Origin: Deltaproteobacteria bacterium
GTDB taxonomy: Bacteria > Desulfobacterota > Desulfobacteria > Desulfobacterales > GCA-2748835
DNA: 64,000 bases
Reading direction: 5' to 3'
NCBI GenBank assembly: GCA_002748835.1
Contig: PDTL01000026.1
Location: 14,330-78,329 of the forward strand
Made by a program: the position numbers and the translations under genes. This document shows, piece by piece, positions 40,808 to 54,396 of this stretch. The notes under the pieces were generated by a model. It saw only the letters and a list, made by a program, of their open reading frames with translations. It did not search any database and was not told the origin of the DNA. How positions within the stretch are numbered: the first letter of the stretch is position 1; the number at the start of each line of letters is the position of its first letter.

Positions 40808-41512
40808 ATGCCGAAACGGGGGAAAAAGTATTTAGAGGCGCAGGGCCGGATTGACCGGGAAAAGCGCTATGAGCTGGAAGAAGCCATTGATATGGTACTG
40901 TCGTCATCATTTGCTAAGTTTGATGAAACTGTCGATGTCGCGGTCCGCCTGGGTGTTGACCCGCGGCATGCGGATCAGATGGTTCGCGGTACGGTTGTGC
41001 TTCCCAACGGCTTGGGTAAAGAGGTCCGTGTCCTTGTGTTTGCAAAAGGCGAAAAAGAAAAAGAAGCGCAGGATGCTGGTGCTGAATTTGTGGGTAACGA
41101 TGATTTGGTTGAAAAGATCAAGGGCGGCTGGTTTGATTTTGATAAGGCCATTGCCACGCCCGATATGATGGGCACCGTTGGTAAAATCGGTAAAATGCTC
41201 GGTCCGCGTGGCCTCATGCCCAATGCGAAAACCGGTACGGTTACCTTTGATGTGGCAAAAGCTGTCAATGAGTTGAAAGCGGGTAAGATCGATTTCCGTG
41301 TGGAAAAAAACGGAATCGTTCATGTGCCGGTCGGTAAGGTCTCCTTTGGTACGCAGAAACTGGTTGAAAACATCAATGCCTTCCTTGAGACAGTTCAGAG
41401 ATTGAAACCCTCGGCAAGTAAGGGGACGTACCTGAAAGGAATCGCCGTCTCTTCAACCATGGGCCCCGGACTTCGTGTCGATACGGCATTCGCTCGCTTA
41501 TTGAAGAAATAG
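40808..41512 (+). CDS. rplA: 50S ribosomal protein L1
   Basis: [24 protein letters not shown]. Confidence 0.97.
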   Translation: MPKRGKKYLEAQGRIDREKRYELEEAIDMVLSSSFAKFDETVDVAVRLGVDPRHADQMVRGTVVLPNGLGKEVRVLVFAKGEKEKEAQDAGAEFVGNDDLVEKIKGGWFDFDKAIATPDMMGTVGKIGKMLGPRGLMPNAKTGTVTFDVAKAVNELKAGKIDFRVEKNGIVHVPVGKVSFGTQKLVENINAFLETVQRLKPSASKGTYLKGIAVSSTMGPGLRVDTAFARLLKK

Positions 41513-41625
41513 ACGGATAGCCGATTCTTATTACAAACTGTATTTCAGCAGTTCCGTGTGCAAACCGGTAGATACGCGACTGTGTTTGCACGCGTTGATC
41601 CGTGGGTGAACCGCTTTTCGGGTCA

Positions 41626-41715
41626 TTGTCATAGACAGCAGGCACCCGTTGCCACCGGGTTTAATTGAGTGATCAGCCTGCCGAGGCAACGCATTGTGAA
41701 ATGCTGGGCCTCCGT
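41626..41715 (+). promoter_or_regulatory. L10 leader (rplJL autoregulatory RNA)
   Basis: AGACAGCAGG...TTAA...CCTGCCGAGG pattern upstream of rplJ; boundaries approximate. Confidence 0.6.
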
Positions 41716-41744
41716 TATTAGAACGTGGAAGGGGGTGTTTTCAT

Positions 41745-42266
41745 TTGAACCGTACTGAGAAACAACAACTTGTTCAGGATTTGCATGAACGTTTGTCTCG
41801 CGCAAGCATTACTGTTGCGACTGACTACAAGGGGCTTGATGTTGAGAAGCTGAACCAGATGCGTCGGGAACTGCGAGAGGCGGGTGTCGAGTATCAGGTT
41901 GTGAAGAATACGCTTCTGAAACTGGCTTCACAAGGTACTGACGCCGCAGCGATGCAGGACGTCTTTACGGGTCCGACAGCGATCGCGTTGAGCTACGACG
42001 ATCCGGTAGCGCTGGCAAAAGTCATCAGCAAATTTGCTTCAGACTACGATCATCTGGACATCAAGGCGGGTGTCCTTGAGGGTAAATCCCTTGATGTAAA
42101 AGAGATCGAAGCGCTGAGCAAGCTGCCGAGCCGCGAGGTACTCCTTGCTCAGGTGCTGTCGGCAATGAACGGCGTGCCGAGAGCGCTGGTGACTGCGCTC
42201 AGCGATGCACCGAGACAGATGGTCAACGTACTTCAGGCGATCAAGGATCAGAAAGAAGCGGCCTGA
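41745..42266 (+). CDS. rplJ: 50S ribosomal protein L10
   Basis: DYKGL.V, VVKNTL, LSKLPSRE. Confidence 0.96.
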   Translation: MNRTEKQQLVQDLHERLSRASITVATDYKGLDVEKLNQMRRELREAGVEYQVVKNTLLKLASQGTDAAAMQDVFTGPTAIALSYDDPVALAKVISKFASDYDHLDIKAGVLEGKSLDVKEIEALSKLPSREVLLAQVLSAMNGVPRALVTALSDAPRQMVNVLQAIKDQKEAA

Positions 42267-42335
42267 TCGAATGCATTCATTTTTTGTAAGTGGTATTGAA
42301 AACCCGCATATCATAATGTGTTTTTGGAGGATTAA

Positions 42336-42725
42336 ATGGCTGATATTACTAAAGAAGATGTAATTGAGTTTATTGCGAACATGACCGTTCTCGAGCTGTC
42401 TGAACTGGTCAAGGAACTCGAAGAAAAATTCGGTGTATCCGCTGCTGCACCGGTTGCCATGATGGCTGGTATGCCCATGGGTGGTGGCGATGCAGCACCG
42501 GCTGCTGAGGAAAAGACGGAATTTGACGTTATTCTTGAAGCTGCCGGAGATAAGAAGATCAACGTGATTAAGGAAGTCCGCGCCATCACCGGTCTGGGTC
42601 TGAAAGAAGCCAAAGCCCTGGTTGACGAAGCGCCGAACCCCGTGAAAGAAGGTATCGCCAAGGAAGAAGCTGAAAAAATCAAGGCTCAGCTGGAAGAAGC
42701 AGGCGCATCTGTAGCGCTGAAGTAG
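42336..42725 (+). CDS. rplL: 50S ribosomal protein L7/L12
   Basis: [26 protein letters not shown]. Confidence 0.97.
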   Translation: MADITKEDVIEFIANMTVLELSELVKELEEKFGVSAAAPVAMMAGMPMGGGDAAPAAEEKTEFDVILEAAGDKKINVIKEVRAITGLGLKEAKALVDEAPNPVKEGIAKEEAEKIKAQLEEAGASVALK

Positions 42726-42860
42726 TGCGTTTTGTGCCGGCATTGAGGCCGGCACACTGTATCGTCTTTTCTTCATTCTGATGATATTAACGCGGTCGGG
42801 CCGACTCCCGAATCGAGAGGGGAGTCGTGCGCGTCCGCGATAACTTATATGGGAGAGACT

Positions 42861-45800
42861 ATGTCCGAAAGCCCTCTGGCATTAAAGCGAATCAGGAAGA
42901 ATTTCGGAGAAAAACGCAAAATTATTGACATGCCGAATCTGATTGGCATGCAACGGGATTCCTACGATCGTTTCCTGCAGGAATCCACCCCGCCTGACAG
43001 ACGCAGGGACATAGGCTTACAGGCTGTATTTAATTCCGTATTCCCCATTACCGATTTTACAGGAAGCGCGTCGCTCGAGTTTGTTTCCTACAGTTTCGGT
43101 GAAGTCAAACACTCCATGGAAGAGTGTATTCACCGGGGCATGACCTACGAGATTTCCGTTCATATCCGGGTCCGTCTGGTGGTTTTCGATGTGGACAAGG
43201 ATGCCGACGTCACCAAGAGTATTCGGGATATCAAGGAACAGGAAATCTATTTCGGCACCATCCCGCGAATGACGCCCAAAGGGACTTTTATTATCAACGG
43301 AACCGAGCGCGTTGTGGTCAGCCAGCTGCACCGGTCATCCGGCGTTTTTTTTGACCATGACAAGGGGAAAACGCATTCGAGTGGAAAGTTGATTTACAGC
43401 GCCCGGGTGATCCCTGTGCGCGGTTCCTGGATTGATCTTGAAATTGACCCGAAGGATACGGTTTATATTCGTATCGACCGGCGACGCAAGTTTCCCATTA
43501 CCATTTTGTTCAAGGCGTTCGGTTACACCACTGAAGATCTCTTGTCCTATTTCTATCAGAAAGAAACCATTCATGTACATGACATGAATTATTTCAAGGT
43601 GTTCAATGAGGAGCACCTGAAAGGTCAGCGCGCCAGTTTTGATGTTGTAGATCCGGAAACCTCTGAGATCATTGTTAAAAAAACACGGTTATTCACCAAA
43701 CGGGCCATTCGTCAGCTCAAGACATCCGGGATCCGGGAGATTCCCATTGCAGTGGAAGACCTGGAAGAACGCGCTTTTGCCACCACCATCCGGGACGAAT
43801 CCACCGGTGAGGTTCTGGCCAAGGCAGGCAGTCTTATCGATCAGGACTGCCTGGACCGGATCAATGCTGCCGGTATTGAAAAATTTGATATTCTGTTTGT
43901 CGAAGGTGCGTTCAGCTCCGATTCTATCCGAAAAACGCTGGCCGTTGACAAGGTGGATTCCCGGGAAGAAGCGCTCATCGAAATATACCGCCGGCTCCGG
44001 CCCGGTAACCCGGCGACACCGGAAGTGGCGCAGGAATTTGTCGATCACCTGTTTTTCAAACCGGCCTATTATGATCTGTCCGGTGTCGGACGGCTCAAGC
44101 TGAACCACCGTCTGGGCATCTCAACGGAAATCGACGTACGGACCCTCCGGAAAGAAGATATTCTGCTGACAACCCGGACCCTGGTGGAGCTCAGAGATAC
44201 CCAGGGTGTTGTGGATGATATCGACCATTTGGGCAACCGGCGGGTCCGTGCCGTGGGGGAACTGCTGGAAAATCAGTACCGGATCGGTCTGGTGCGCATG
44301 GAGCGTGCGATTAAAGAACGGATGAGCATGCATGAGGTCGATTCACTCATGCCCAATGATCTGGTCAATCCCAAGCCGGTTTCCGCCGTGGTCAAGGAAT
44401 TTTTCGGCACCAGTCAGCTGTCCCAGTTCATGGACCAGACCAACCCGCTGTCAGAGACCACCCACAAACGGCGTTTGAGCGCACTGGGACCGGGCGGCTT
44501 GACCCGTGAACGCGCCGGGTTTGAGGTCCGTGACGTCCATCCTTCGCATTATGGACGGATCTGCCCCATCGAAACACCGGAAGGCCCGAACATTGGGCTC
44601 ATCGTTTCGCTGTGCACCTATGCCCGGGTGAATGACTTTGGCTTTATTGAAACCCCATACCGGGTGGTATCTGATGCGTCGGTTACCTCTGAAATTCGCA
44701 TGCTCAGCGCGTTTGAGGAAAAGGAGCATCCCATTGCCCAGGCCAATGCGCCGCTCAATGATAACAATGCCTTTATCCGCCCGGATGTAGCCTGCCGTGT
44801 GGCCGGTGAATCCGAAATGGTGCGCCGGGAAGATGTGGAGCTGATGGATATTTCGCCGAATCAGCTGGTGAGTGTGTCTGCCTCTCTGATTCCCTTTCTT
44901 GAAAACGATGATGCCAACCGCGCACTCATGGGCTCGAACATGCAGCGGCAGGCGGTTCCGCTGATTCAGGCACAGGCGCCGCTGGTCGGTACGGGTGTGG
45001 AAGCGGTGGTGGCCCGGGATTCGGGTGTGGCTATTGTGGCGCAGGCAGACGGGGAAGTGGTGTTTGTCGATGCTTCCCGGATCGTGATCAAGCACAACAC
45101 CATGGATCATCCGGTGAGCGTGCACGCCCTGTCGAAGTTTACCCGGTCAAACCAGAATACCTGCTTCAACCACCGGCCCATTGTTCAAAAAGGCCAGCAC
45201 GTGAAGGCCGGCGAAGTCATCGCGGATGGCCCGTCCACGGAAAAAGGTGAATTGGCCTTGGGAAAAAATGTGACGGTCGCCTTCATGCCCTGGGGGGGGT
45301 ACAACTTTGAGGACTCCATCCTGGTCAGTGAGCGGCTGGTTCAGGACGGGGTCTACACCTCGATCCATATCGAAGAGTTTGAGGTGGTTGCTAGGGACAC
45401 CAAGCTCGGGAAAGAAGAGATTACACGGGATATCCCCAATGTGGGCGAGGAAGCGTTAAAAGATCTGGATGACAGCGGTATTATCCGGCTGGGTGCGGAT
45501 GTACGGCCCAGTGATATTCTCGTGGGTAAGATTACACCGAAGAGTGAAACCCAGCTGTCACCGGAAGAAAAACTGCTTCGGGCCATCTTCGGGGAAAAAG
45601 CCGGTGATGTGAAAGATACATCCCTCCGGGTGCCGCCCGGTGTTGAAGGCGTGGTCGTTGATGTGAAGGTCTTTTCCCGCAAGGGGGTCGATAAGGACGA
45701 CCGGACCCGCTACATCGAAGACCTTGAGATCATCGCCATGGAACAGACCCGCGATGATGAGATTCGGATTATTGACGAGACGGCCAAAGATCAGCTGAAG

Positions 45801-47054
45801 AATCTGCTTGTGGGCCAGCCCTGCGCGGCGCCGTTGAAAAAGGGCCGCAAGCAGCTCCTGGAAGAAGGGGAGACCCTCACAGCTGAACGCATCGATGCTT
45901 CACCGGTCGGGCATTTGGAAGGCCTGGTGCTGAAGGATCCTGAGCTTACCCGCAAGGTGGATGAAATCATCGACGCCTATCGTGATCAGGTGGACAAGTG
46001 CCGCCGTAAGTTCGAAGATCAGGTGTCCCGGTTTGAGAAAGGGGATGACCTGCCACCGGGCGTGATCAAGATGATCAAGGTTTATGTGGCCATGAAGCGG
46101 ATCTTGTCCGTGGGTGACAAAATGGCCGGCCGTCACGGAAACAAAGGGGTCGTCTCCCGCATCCTGCCCGTGGAAGACCTGCCGTACTTTGAAGACGGTA
46201 CGCCGGTGGACATGGTGCTGAACCCGCTGGGGGTGCCCTCCCGTATGAACGTGGGCCAGATTCTCGAGATCCATCTGGGTCGGGCTGCCAAGGCGCTGGG
46301 AACGCAGATTCAGCAGATGATCGACGACCAGAAGGCCGAGGCGCTGCGGGAAAAACTCAAACGCATCTTCACCACCCCGCGTGTTATTAAGATTGAAAAT
46401 GACATCAGCGGTGAAGTCAAATATGACTATGCCGCGCAGTATACGGAAACCATTCCCCTGGATCCGGAAGAAACGGTCGACAAAGAACTGGTCTCCATGA
46501 TCGACGGGTGGGATGATGAAACTCTGTTTGCCTTTGCCGGATTCTACCGCAATGGCGTTCACATGGCCACACCGGTATTTGACGGTGCCAGGGAAGATTA
46601 TATCAAGTCTCTCCTTGCCTATGCCGGCGTGTCCAGGACCGGTCAGGCCGTCTTGTATGACGGTCGTACCGGCGAGCCGTTTGACGGCAGGATCACTGTG
46701 GGGACCATGTACGTCCTCAAGCTTCACCACCTGGTGGACGACAAACTGCATGCCCGTTCCATCGGTCCCTACTCACTGGTGACCCAGCAGCCGCTCGGCG
46801 GTAAGGCCCAGTTCGGCGGCCAGCGTCTCGGCGAGATGGAGGTTTGGGCTATGGAAGCCTATGGGGCCGCTTATGCCCTGCAGGAGTTCATTACCGTGAA
46901 GTCGGATGACATGGCTGGTCGTACCCGAATGTATGAAAAGATCGTGAAGGGACAGAACGTTCTGGAACCCGGGCTGCCTGAATCTTTCAAAGTACTGACC
47001 AAGGAACTGCAGGCCCTGGGCTTGGATGTCAACCTCATTGAAGGCGATCAATAA
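42861..47054 (+). CDS. rpoB: RNA polymerase beta subunit
   Basis: [34 protein letters not shown]; start 42849 or 42861. Confidence 0.98.
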   Translation: MSESPLALKRIRKNFGEKRKIIDMPNLIGMQRDSYDRFLQESTPPDRRRDIGLQAVFNSVFPITDFTGSASLEFVSYSFGEVKHSMEECIHRGMTYEISVHIRVRLVVFDVDKDADVTKSIRDIKEQEIYFGTIPRMTPKGTFIINGTERVVVSQLHRSSGVFFDHDKGKTHSSGKLIYSARVIPVRGSWIDLEIDPKDTVYIRIDRRRKFPITILFKAFGYTTEDLLSYFYQKETIHVHDMNYFKVFNEEHLKGQRASFDVVDPETSEIIVKKTRLFTKRAIRQLKTSGIREIPIAVEDLEERAFATTIRDESTGEVLAKAGSLIDQDCLDRINAAGIEKFDILFVEGAFSSDSIRKTLAVDKVDSREEALIEIYRRLRPGNPATPEVAQEFVDHLFFKPAYYDLSGVGRLKLNHRLGISTEIDVRTLRKEDILLTTRTLVELRDTQGVVDDIDHLGNRRVRAVGELLENQYRIGLVRMERAIKERMSMHEVDSLMPNDLVNPKPVSAVVKEFFGTSQLSQFMDQTNPLSETTHKRRLSALGPGGLTRERAGFEVRDVHPSHYGRICPIETPEGPNIGLIVSLCTYARVNDFGFIETPYRVVSDASVTSEIRMLSAFEEKEHPIAQANAPLNDNNAFIRPDVACRVAGESEMVRREDVELMDISPNQLVSVSASLIPFLENDDANRALMGSNMQRQAVPLIQAQAPLVGTGVEAVVARDSGVAIVAQADGEVVFVDASRIVIKHNTMDHPVSVHALSKFTRSNQNTCFNHRPIVQKGQHVKAGEVIADGPSTEKGELALGKNVTVAFMPWGGYNFEDSILVSERLVQDGVYTSIHIEEFEVVARDTKLGKEEITRDIPNVGEEALKDLDDSGIIRLGADVRPSDILVGKITPKSETQLSPEEKLLRAIFGEKAGDVKDTSLRVPPGVEGVVVDVKVFSRKGVDKDDRTRYIEDLEIIAMEQTRDDEIRIIDETAKDQLKNLLVGQPCAAPLKKGRKQLLEEGETLTAERIDASPVGHLEGLVLKDPELTRKVDEIIDAYRDQVDKCRRKFEDQVSRFEKGDDLPPGVIKMIKVYVAMKRILSVGDKMAGRHGNKGVVSRILPVEDLPYFEDGTPVDMVLNPLGVPSRMNVGQILEIHLGRAAKALGTQIQQMIDDQKAEALREKLKRIFTTPRVIKIENDISGEVKYDYAAQYTETIPLDPEETVDKELVSMIDGWDDETLFAFAGFYRNGVHMATPVFDGAREDYIKSLLAYAGVSRTGQAVLYDGRTGEPFDGRITVGTMYVLKLHHLVDDKLHARSIGPYSLVTQQPLGGKAQFGGQRLGEMEVWAMEAYGAAYALQEFITVKSDDMAGRTRMYEKIVKGQNVLEPGLPESFKVLTKELQALGLDVNLIEGDQ

Positions 47055-47061
47055 GGAGAAC

Positions 47062-50000
47062 ATGTTGGAAACCTTATACGATTTTTTTGCCAAACCGATT
47101 GATCCGAAAAAATACGCCGGTGTGCAGATTGCACTGGCATCCTCAGAGCAGATCCGGACCTGGTCCCATGGTGAGATTACCAAGCCTGAAACCATCAATT
47201 ACCGGACGTTCAAGCCGGAACGCGATGGTCTGTTCTGCGCAAAGATATTCGGTCCCACAAAGGACTATGAGTGTAACTGCGGTAAGTATAAGCGTATGAA
47301 ACACCGCGGTGTCGTGTGTGAAAAATGCGGTGTGGAGGTGATTCAGTCAAAGGTGCGGCGCGAAAGGCTGGCACATATAGAACTGGCTTCTCCGGTTTCC
47401 CACATCTGGTTTTTGAAGAGTCTTCCAAGCAAGATTGGCAACCTTCTCGACCTTACCCTGAAGAATCTCGAACGGGTGCTCTATTTTGACAGTTATATTG
47501 TCATGGATCCAAAAGAAACCGGGCTGTCAAAATATCAGCTGCTGTCAGATGAAAAATATCACGATGCCCTGGAACTCTATGGCCCCACCTTCACTGCGGG
47601 TATTGGCGCCGAAGCCATCCAGGTACTTCTTGAAGAGCTGGATCTGGAAGCCATCTACGTGGAGCTCCGGGAAGAGCTTCAGAAAACCAATTCCACGGCA
47701 AAACGTCAGAAGCTGGCAAAACGCCTGAAGATCGTTGACGCCTTCAGAAATTCGCCGGTGGATCCGGTCTGGATGATTATGAGCACGGTCCCGGTACTGC
47801 CGCCGGATCTTCGGCCCCTGGTACCGCTGGAAGGCGGCCGTTTTGCCACATCTGACCTCAACGACCTCTACCGCCGGGTGATTAACCGGAACAACCGTCT
47901 GAAACGGTTGGTCGACCTGAAAGCCCCGGATATCATTGTCCGCAACGAAAAACGGATGCTCCAGGAAGCCGTGGATGTGCTCTTTGACAATGGCCGCCAT
48001 GGCCGGGTGGTGACGGGTACCAACAAGCGGCCGCTCAAGTCGCTGAGTGACTCTCTGAAAGGCAAGCAGGGGCGTTTCCGGCAGAATCTCCTTGGTAAAC
48101 GTGTGGATTATTCCGGTCGTACCGTTATTACCGTCGGTCCGAATTTGCGCCTTCATCAGTGCGGGATTCCGAAAAAAATGGCCCTTGAGCTGTTCAAACC
48201 GTTCATCTACCATAATCTGGAGCAGAACGGGTTTGTCTCCACAGTAAAAAGCGCCAAGAAAATGGTCGAGCGGGAAACCCCCGAGGTCTGGGATGCCTTG
48301 GATCAGGTGGTACGCGAATATCCGGTGCTTCTGAACCGTGCGCCGACCCTTCACCGGCTGGGGATTCAGGCGTTTGAACCGCTCTTGATCGAGGGAAAGG
48401 CGATCCAGCTGCATCCCCTGGTCTGTACGGCATTTAACGCGGACTTTGACGGTGACCAGATGGCGGTCCATCTGCCCCTTTCCATTGAGGCTCAGATCGA
48501 AGCCCGGGTGCTCATGCTGGCCAGTAACAATATCCTGTCACCGGCCAATGGCCAGCCAATTATTGTACCGACACAGGATATCGTTCTTGGCATTTACTAC
48601 ATGACCCGGTCACTGGACACACCGGAACCGGAACGCCGCCGGTTTTCCAGCTGTGCCGAGGCCCGTATCGCGTTTGACGCCAATGAAGTTTCCCTGCACA
48701 GTCAGGTCTATGTCCGTATCGAGGGTGAGCTGGTGGAAACCACCATCGGCCGCATTCTGCTGTGGGAGATCATTCCCTCTGAGACCCTCTCCAATTTCGA
48801 GCATATCACGGTCGATACCCGTGCGGATGCGGAACAGGTGTATGCGGACCTTAAAAAGGGGATGAGCTTCAAATCGGCTGTCGAAAAATACGCTGTGTCT
48901 GATGACAAGGCGATGGCCGGCGCCATCGGCTGGCTGAAAAAGAATGAACTCCGCGCCGTGTTCGGTTTCAGTGAAATGGATGCGGAGGCCCTGCTGGCTA
49001 TTGCCCCCAACCGACTGAGTTCGATCCTGAAAATCAGGGGAAAATATCATATTTTCCGGGTGGTTGAGACAAGAAATGAGATCCCGTTCAAACTCGTTAA
49101 TCAGGTGATGGACAAGGGTGCGCTTCGTAAGCTGGTTGACTATGCCTATCGTGAACTCGGCCCGAAATCCACGGTGATCCTGGCCGACCGCCTGAAAGAT
49201 CTCGGTTACCTGTATTCGACCCGGGGCGGTTTGTCCATTTGTATTGATGATATGATCATTCCGGAAACAAAATGGGATATTGTCGCATCTGCCCGTCAGA
49301 AGGTGTCTGAAATCGGTCGCCAGTATGTGGAAGGCCTGATTACCCAGGGGGAAAAATACAACAAGGTGATCGATATCTGGGCCAAGTCAACAGATGACAT
49401 TGCCACTGAAATGATGAAGGGGATGGAAAATCCGCCGATGCTTAACGAAGCCGATGTCGACGCGGACCGGCCGGTTCAGCTCCGGGATTCCATCAACGCG
49501 ATTTTTATGATGGCAGACTCTGGGGCCAGGGGAAGTAAGGACCAGATGCGTCAGCTGGCCGGGATGCGCGGCTTGATGGCCAAACCTTCTGGTGAGATTA
49601 TCGAAGAGCCGATTACCGCCAACTTCCGTGAAGGACTCACGGTTCTCCAGTATTTCGTCTCCACCCACGGGGCCCGTAAAGGACTGGCAGATACGGCGCT
49701 CAAGACCGCCAACTCCGGTTACCTGACCCGCCGTCTTGCCGATGTTGCCCAGGATTGTGTGGTATCGGAGCAGGACTGCGGCACCACCCTGGGCATCGAG
49801 GTGGAAGCGCTGACCGAGGGCGGGGAAGTGATTCAGCAGCTTGGAGAACGGGTGCTCGGCCGGTATACACTGGAAACCGTATATGACCCGTTTACCGATG
49901 AGCCGATCATTCTTCCCAATGTGGAAATTGACGAAAAAAACCTGGCAAAGATCGAAGAATCCGGTATCACCAGCCTTCGGATTCGGTCGGTGTTGACGTG

Positions 50001-51492
50001 TAATGCAAAAGTGGGTGTCTGCGCCCGCTGCTACGGCCGGGACCTGGCGCACGGAAAGCGCGTAGAGGTCGGCCAGGCGGTGGGGATTCTCGCTGCGCAG
50101 TCCATTGGCGAGCCAGGAACCCAGTTGACCATGCGGACCTTCCATATCGGCGGTACGGCCAGCCGGCGGGTCGAGCAGGCGGATATCAAGGCCCGCGTGG
50201 AAGGGACCATCAAGTATCTGGATGACCTGCACACCATCATCAACAAGGAAGGCGAGCGGATCGTCATGAACCGCCGCGGCGGTGAGTTTGCCATTCTCAG
50301 TGAAACCGGCAGGGAACGTGAACGCTGCCAGGTGATTTACGGTTCGCATCTGCTGGTCGAAGACGGCGCGCGTGTATCTGTCGGAGAGCTTCTCTGCGTA
50401 TGGGATCCGTTTACCACACCGATTATTACAGAAGTCTCGGGTACCATCAAATACGGCGACATTGTTGCCGGAAAAACCATGCAGGAAAAGATCGACCCGG
50501 TCACGGGCAAGGCCAGCCGCGCCATCATCGAGTCCAAAGTCGGTGATGTCCGGCCGCGGATTTCAATCAAGGACGCATCCAATCGGACCGCGACCCTGCC
50601 GGATTCTTCTGCACCGGCTCGGTATCATCTGCCGGTGGAAGCGGTCCTCATGGTTGAAGAGCATGATTCGGTCCAGGCCGGTGATGCCATTGCCCGTCTG
50701 CCACGGGCGACCACCAAGACCAAGGACATCACCGGCGGGCTTCCGCGGGTTGCAGAACTGTTCGAGGTGCGCAAACCTAAGGTGACGTCGGTGTTGAGTG
50801 AGATTGACGGATATGTCTCCATCTCCAAAGGGACCAAAGGCAAGCAGCGGGTGGTTATCCATCCAGTGGATGAGCAGGGAGACAAGAAAGAATACCTGAT
50901 TCCCCGGGGCAAGCATCTGAATGTGTATGAAGGGGATTATGTCAAGGCCGGGGATCAGCTGGTTGCCGGGAGTGCAAACCCGCAGGATATTTTAAATATT
51001 AAAGGTGATATCGCACTGGCCAGCTATCTGGTGGATGAGGTTCAGGAAGTGTATCGCCTGCAGGGGGTCCGCATCAACGACAAGCACATCGAAGTGATTG
51101 TGCGCCAGATGATGCGCCGGGTGAAAATCACAGATGTGGGTGACACGGATCTGATTGTAGAAGAACAGGTGGATAAACTCCATTTTGCAGAAGTCAACCG
51201 CAAGGTGGTGGCTGAAGGCGGAAGACCGGCAACCGGTGAACCGCTGATCCTCGGGATCACGAAAGCATCGCTGGCCACGGATAGTTTTATTTCCGCAGCA
51301 TCCTTTCAGGAGACCACCAAGGTGCTGACTGATGCGAGTATCCGTGGTGATATCGATACACTGCGCGGGTTGAAGGAAAACGTGATCATGGGGCGGCTGA
51401 TACCGGCAGGTACCGGTATCCGGCAGTATCATCAGGTTGGAATACAGGCCGATGTCGAGGCGATAGAACCGATTCCGGATGGACTCGACTAA
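47062..51492 (+). CDS. rpoC: RNA polymerase beta' subunit with a parvulin-like insertion
   Basis: Zn ribbon, [20 protein letters not shown]; AAGGAG before ATG 47062. Confidence 0.98.
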   Translation: MLETLYDFFAKPIDPKKYAGVQIALASSEQIRTWSHGEITKPETINYRTFKPERDGLFCAKIFGPTKDYECNCGKYKRMKHRGVVCEKCGVEVIQSKVRRERLAHIELASPVSHIWFLKSLPSKIGNLLDLTLKNLERVLYFDSYIVMDPKETGLSKYQLLSDEKYHDALELYGPTFTAGIGAEAIQVLLEELDLEAIYVELREELQKTNSTAKRQKLAKRLKIVDAFRNSPVDPVWMIMSTVPVLPPDLRPLVPLEGGRFATSDLNDLYRRVINRNNRLKRLVDLKAPDIIVRNEKRMLQEAVDVLFDNGRHGRVVTGTNKRPLKSLSDSLKGKQGRFRQNLLGKRVDYSGRTVITVGPNLRLHQCGIPKKMALELFKPFIYHNLEQNGFVSTVKSAKKMVERETPEVWDALDQVVREYPVLLNRAPTLHRLGIQAFEPLLIEGKAIQLHPLVCTAFNADFDGDQMAVHLPLSIEAQIEARVLMLASNNILSPANGQPIIVPTQDIVLGIYYMTRSLDTPEPERRRFSSCAEARIAFDANEVSLHSQVYVRIEGELVETTIGRILLWEIIPSETLSNFEHITVDTRADAEQVYADLKKGMSFKSAVEKYAVSDDKAMAGAIGWLKKNELRAVFGFSEMDAEALLAIAPNRLSSILKIRGKYHIFRVVETRNEIPFKLVNQVMDKGALRKLVDYAYRELGPKSTVILADRLKDLGYLYSTRGGLSICIDDMIIPETKWDIVASARQKVSEIGRQYVEGLITQGEKYNKVIDIWAKSTDDIATEMMKGMENPPMLNEADVDADRPVQLRDSINAIFMMADSGARGSKDQMRQLAGMRGLMAKPSGEIIEEPITANFREGLTVLQYFVSTHGARKGLADTALKTANSGYLTRRLADVAQDCVVSEQDCGTTLGIEVEALTEGGEVIQQLGERVLGRYTLETVYDPFTDEPIILPNVEIDEKNLAKIEESGITSLRIRSVLTCNAKVGVCARCYGRDLAHGKRVEVGQAVGILAAQSIGEPGTQLTMRTFHIGGTASRRVEQADIKARVEGTIKYLDDLHTIINKEGERIVMNRRGGEFAILSETGRERERCQVIYGSHLLVEDGARVSVGELLCVWDPFTTPIITEVSGTIKYGDIVAGKTMQEKIDPVTGKASRAIIESKVGDVRPRISIKDASNRTATLPDSSAPARYHLPVEAVLMVEEHDSVQAGDAIARLPRATTKTKDITGGLPRVAELFEVRKPKVTSVLSEIDGYVSISKGTKGKQRVVIHPVDEQGDKKEYLIPRGKHLNVYEGDYVKAGDQLVAGSANPQDILNIKGDIALASYLVDEVQEVYRLQGVRINDKHIEVIVRQMMRRVKITDVGDTDLIVEEQVDKLHFAEVNRKVVAEGGRPATGEPLILGITKASLATDSFISAASFQETTKVLTDASIRGDIDTLRGLKENVIMGRLIPAGTGIRQYHQVGIQADVEAIEPIPDGLD

Positions 51493-51509
51493 GGACGTTT
51501 TAAAATATA

Positions 51510-51538
51510 TTGACACGTAATTGGCTTGGGTTTATAAT
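51510..51538 (+). promoter_or_regulatory. Consensus sigma70 promoter of rpsL operon
   Basis: TTGACA-N17-TATAAT exact. Confidence 0.85.
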
Positions 51539-51590
51539 GCCGCATTTTGTCGGGCTAGTGGACGCTATTTAAAAGGAGTTTGGACGAAAA

Positions 51591-51962
51591 ATGCCAACGA
51601 TTAATCAACTTGTGCGCTTTGGCCGCAAGCGGGCGGTCAAGAAGAATTCAACGCCGGCCCTCAAGGGCGGGCCGCAGAAAAGGGGGGTGTGTACACGTGT
51701 TTACACCTCAACGCCGAAGAAGCCGAATTCGGCGCTCCGGAAAGTTGCCCGTGTACGGTTGACAACCGGTGTTGAAGTGACGGCCTATATCCCGGGGATG
51801 GGTCATAACCTTCAGGAGCACTCGGTTGTTCTGGTACGTGGCGGTCGTGTGAAGGACTTGCCGGGTGTACGGTATACCATTGTCCGCGGTACGCTGGATA
51901 CACTGGGGGTCGAAGACCGTCGACAGGGACGCTCGAAGTATGGCACACGCCGTCCCAAGTAA
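51591..51962 (+). CDS. rpsL: 30S ribosomal protein S12
   Basis: [22 protein letters not shown]. Confidence 0.98.
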   Translation: MPTINQLVRFGRKRAVKKNSTPALKGGPQKRGVCTRVYTSTPKKPNSALRKVARVRLTTGVEVTAYIPGMGHNLQEHSVVLVRGGRVKDLPGVRYTIVRGTLDTLGVEDRRQGRSKYGTRRPK

Positions 51963-52026
51963 CAGGCTGTCATCCCCCGCTGTGCCGGGCGTTGCAGTTT
52001 TTAATGAATGAAATGGTGAGTAAACA

Positions 52027-52497
52027 ATGCCAAGAAGAAGAGAAGTTCCTCAACGGATTGTTATTCCGGATTCAAAGTATGGTAACAAGCTTGTGGCCCG
52101 GTTTATCAAGAGCATTATGAAGGATGGAAAAAAGAGTACAGCAGAGCGCGTGCTCTATTCTGCGTTTGACATGATTGAGGCAAAGTCAGGCCAGCCTCCT
52201 GTCGACGTCTTTGAAAAGGCGATGAATAATGCCATGCCAGCGATTGAAGTCAAGTCCCGCCGGGTGGGCGGTTCCACCTATCAGGTGCCGACGGAGATTC
52301 GTCACAGTCGCCGGACCGCACTGGCCATCCGCTGGCTGATCAACTACGCCCGGAACCGGAATGAAAAAGGCATGGCAAGCAAGCTGGCTGCCGAACTGCT
52401 TGATGCGGCCAATGAACGGGGCGGCGCTGTGAAAAAGCGTGAAGATACCCACAAGATGGCCGAAGCGAACAAGGCGTTTGCCCATTACCGCTGGTAA
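52027..52497 (+). CDS. rpsG: 30S ribosomal protein S7
   Basis: [24 protein letters not shown]. Confidence 0.98.
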   Translation: MPRRREVPQRIVIPDSKYGNKLVARFIKSIMKDGKKSTAERVLYSAFDMIEAKSGQPPVDVFEKAMNNAMPAIEVKSRRVGGSTYQVPTEIRHSRRTALAIRWLINYARNRNEKGMASKLAAELLDAANERGGAVKKREDTHKMAEANKAFAHYRW

Positions 52498-52759
52498 TAT
52501 GGTGAATGCACGGCTCCGGGTGCCATCCCGATGATCCCGCTCGCAACCGAGAATGACGGGAATTTGAGGTCAGGGTGTGATGGATCCTTGAAACCGGGGC
52601 TGACATGGCGGTGTCTGTCCGGAAGATGACCAGCCAGGCGGCTGCAACCCCCAGGCTGGAGAAACGGGTCAGACGCCGCATCGGTTTTTTAGCCGATGGT
52701 ATGGAAAACCGCGGTTGACGGTAGAAATGTAGAACAAGTAAAGGGTTAGGTACACCATT

Positions 52760-53071
52760 ATGATGATGAATACCAAGATTCGAATCCGCCTGCGTGCATA
52801 TGATCACAAATTGCTGGATCAGTCTGCGCTGGATATCGTGGATACGGCCAAAAAAACAGGCGCCAAGGTGGTCGGGCCGGTTCCGCTGCCGACACGGACC
52901 AATAAATTTTGTGTGCTGCGGTCACCGCATGTGAATAAAAAATCCCGTGAGCAATTTGAAATCCGTACACACAAACGGTTGCTGGATATTATGGAACCCA
53001 CGCAGCAGACCGTGGATGCCCTGATGAAGCTCGACCTTTCGCCAGGGGTTGATGTTGAGATTAAACTGTAG
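52760..53071 (+). CDS. rpsJ: 30S ribosomal protein S10
   Basis: [24 protein letters not shown]. Confidence 0.98.
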   Translation: MMMNTKIRIRLRAYDHKLLDQSALDIVDTAKKTGAKVVGPVPLPTRTNKFCVLRSPHVNKKSREQFEIRTHKRLLDIMEPTQQTVDALMKLDLSPGVDVEIKL

Positions 53072-53092
53072 CGGGTGACAGGGGAAAGACGC

Positions 53093-53722
53093 ATGAGTAC
53101 AGGAATCATTGGAAAAAAACTGGGCATGACCAGTGTCTATGATGCCGACGGAAAAAATGTACCGGTTACCGTCGTTCAGGCAGGCCCCTGCGTGGTAACG
53201 CAGATCAAGACGGATGCGGTAGATGGTTACACCGCCTTGCAGCTGGCCTTTGATGAAAAAAAGGAAAAGCGCGTCACAAAGCCGCTCCAGGGGCATTTTG
53301 CCAAGAGTGGTGACAAGTGCTACGCCAAAGTGAAGGAATTTCGTCTTGACGATGCGGCAGGCTTTGAACTGGGACAGGCGGTTACCGTCGACATGTTCGA
53401 AGTGGGTGAAAAAGTGGATGTGACCGGAACGAGCAAGGGGCGCGGGTTTTCAGGTACTGTTAAACGCCACGGATTCCAGCGTGGTCCCGAAACGCACGGT
53501 AGCCGGAACCATCGCGCACCGGGGTCCATCGGGTGCAGCGCCTATCCTGCGCGCGTCATGAAGGGGAAACGGCTTCCCGGACAGTACGGCGGGGATCGCA
53601 AGACGGTTCAGAACCTTGAGGTGGTTGCCGTAAGACCCGAAGATCATGTCATTCTCGTTAAGGGCGCCGTACCGGGAGCCAACAAGGGGTACGTCGAAAT
53701 TAAGAAGAAAAAGAAATCCTGA
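53093..53722 (+). CDS. rplC: 50S ribosomal protein L3
   Basis: [21 protein letters not shown]. Confidence 0.97.
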   Translation: MSTGIIGKKLGMTSVYDADGKNVPVTVVQAGPCVVTQIKTDAVDGYTALQLAFDEKKEKRVTKPLQGHFAKSGDKCYAKVKEFRLDDAAGFELGQAVTVDMFEVGEKVDVTGTSKGRGFSGTVKRHGFQRGPETHGSRNHRAPGSIGCSAYPARVMKGKRLPGQYGGDRKTVQNLEVVAVRPEDHVILVKGAVPGANKGYVEIKKKKKS

Positions 53723-53775
53723 TACGCAGACCGCCGATCGAATGCAGCGGTTTACGGATGGATGGCGAGGAAATT

Positions 53776-54396
53776 ATGGCTGTCGTTGATGTGCGAAATA
53801 CAAATGGGGATAAGGTATCTGACCTGGAAGTGTCGGATGCGGTCTTCAATGTTGAAGTTAAGACCAGTGTGCTTCATGATATTGTGAAAATGCAACTGGC
53901 CAAGCGGAGAGCCGGCACCGCTTCAGTAAAAAGCCGGGGAGAAGTGAAGGGGAGCACCCGGAAGCTGTTTCGCCAGAAAGGTACCGGGAATGCACGCCCG
54001 GGCAGCATCAAATCACCGCTGAGAAATGGTGGTGGTGTGATATTTGGCCCTCAGCAGCGTTCGTACGCGTACAAGCTGCCGAAAAAAGTGATGCGCCTTG
54101 GCCTCAGGATGGCACTGTCAGGAAAACTTAAGGCCAGCGAACTCATCGTTCTGGATGCATTTCAGCTGGATGCAGTGAAAACCCGTGAATTTGTCAAAAT
54201 TGCCGCAGGGCTGAACCTTGAGAATGCCTTGATCGTTGTGGATGGTCAGGATAAAACCCTGGAGCTTTCGGCACGAAACGTGCCGAATGTGAAAGTGATT
54301 CGGGTTGAAGGCCTGAACGTTTACGATATCCTGAAGCATAAGAACCTGGTCATGCTGGCGCCGGCCGTTAAAACGGTTGAAGGGAGGCTGAGCTGA
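53776..54396 (+). CDS. rplD: 50S ribosomal protein L4
   Basis: [16 protein letters not shown]. Confidence 0.97.
   Translation: MAVVDVRNTNGDKVSDLEVSDAVFNVEVKTSVLHDIVKMQLAKRRAGTASVKSRGEVKGSTRKLFRQKGTGNARPGSIKSPLRNGGGVIFGPQQRSYAYKLPKKVMRLGLRMALSGKLKASELIVLDAFQLDAVKTREFVKIAAGLNLENALIVVDGQDKTLELSARNVPNVKVIRVEGLNVYDILKHKNLVMLAPAVKTVEGRLS

Noticed and set aside
48778-49077. Intein in rpoC
   Set aside because: No HINT block motifs or terminal His-Asn followed by C/S/T; the pattern fits parvulin instead
52498-52759. fusA pseudogene remnant
   Set aside because: No EF-G motifs recognised by eye in the spacer
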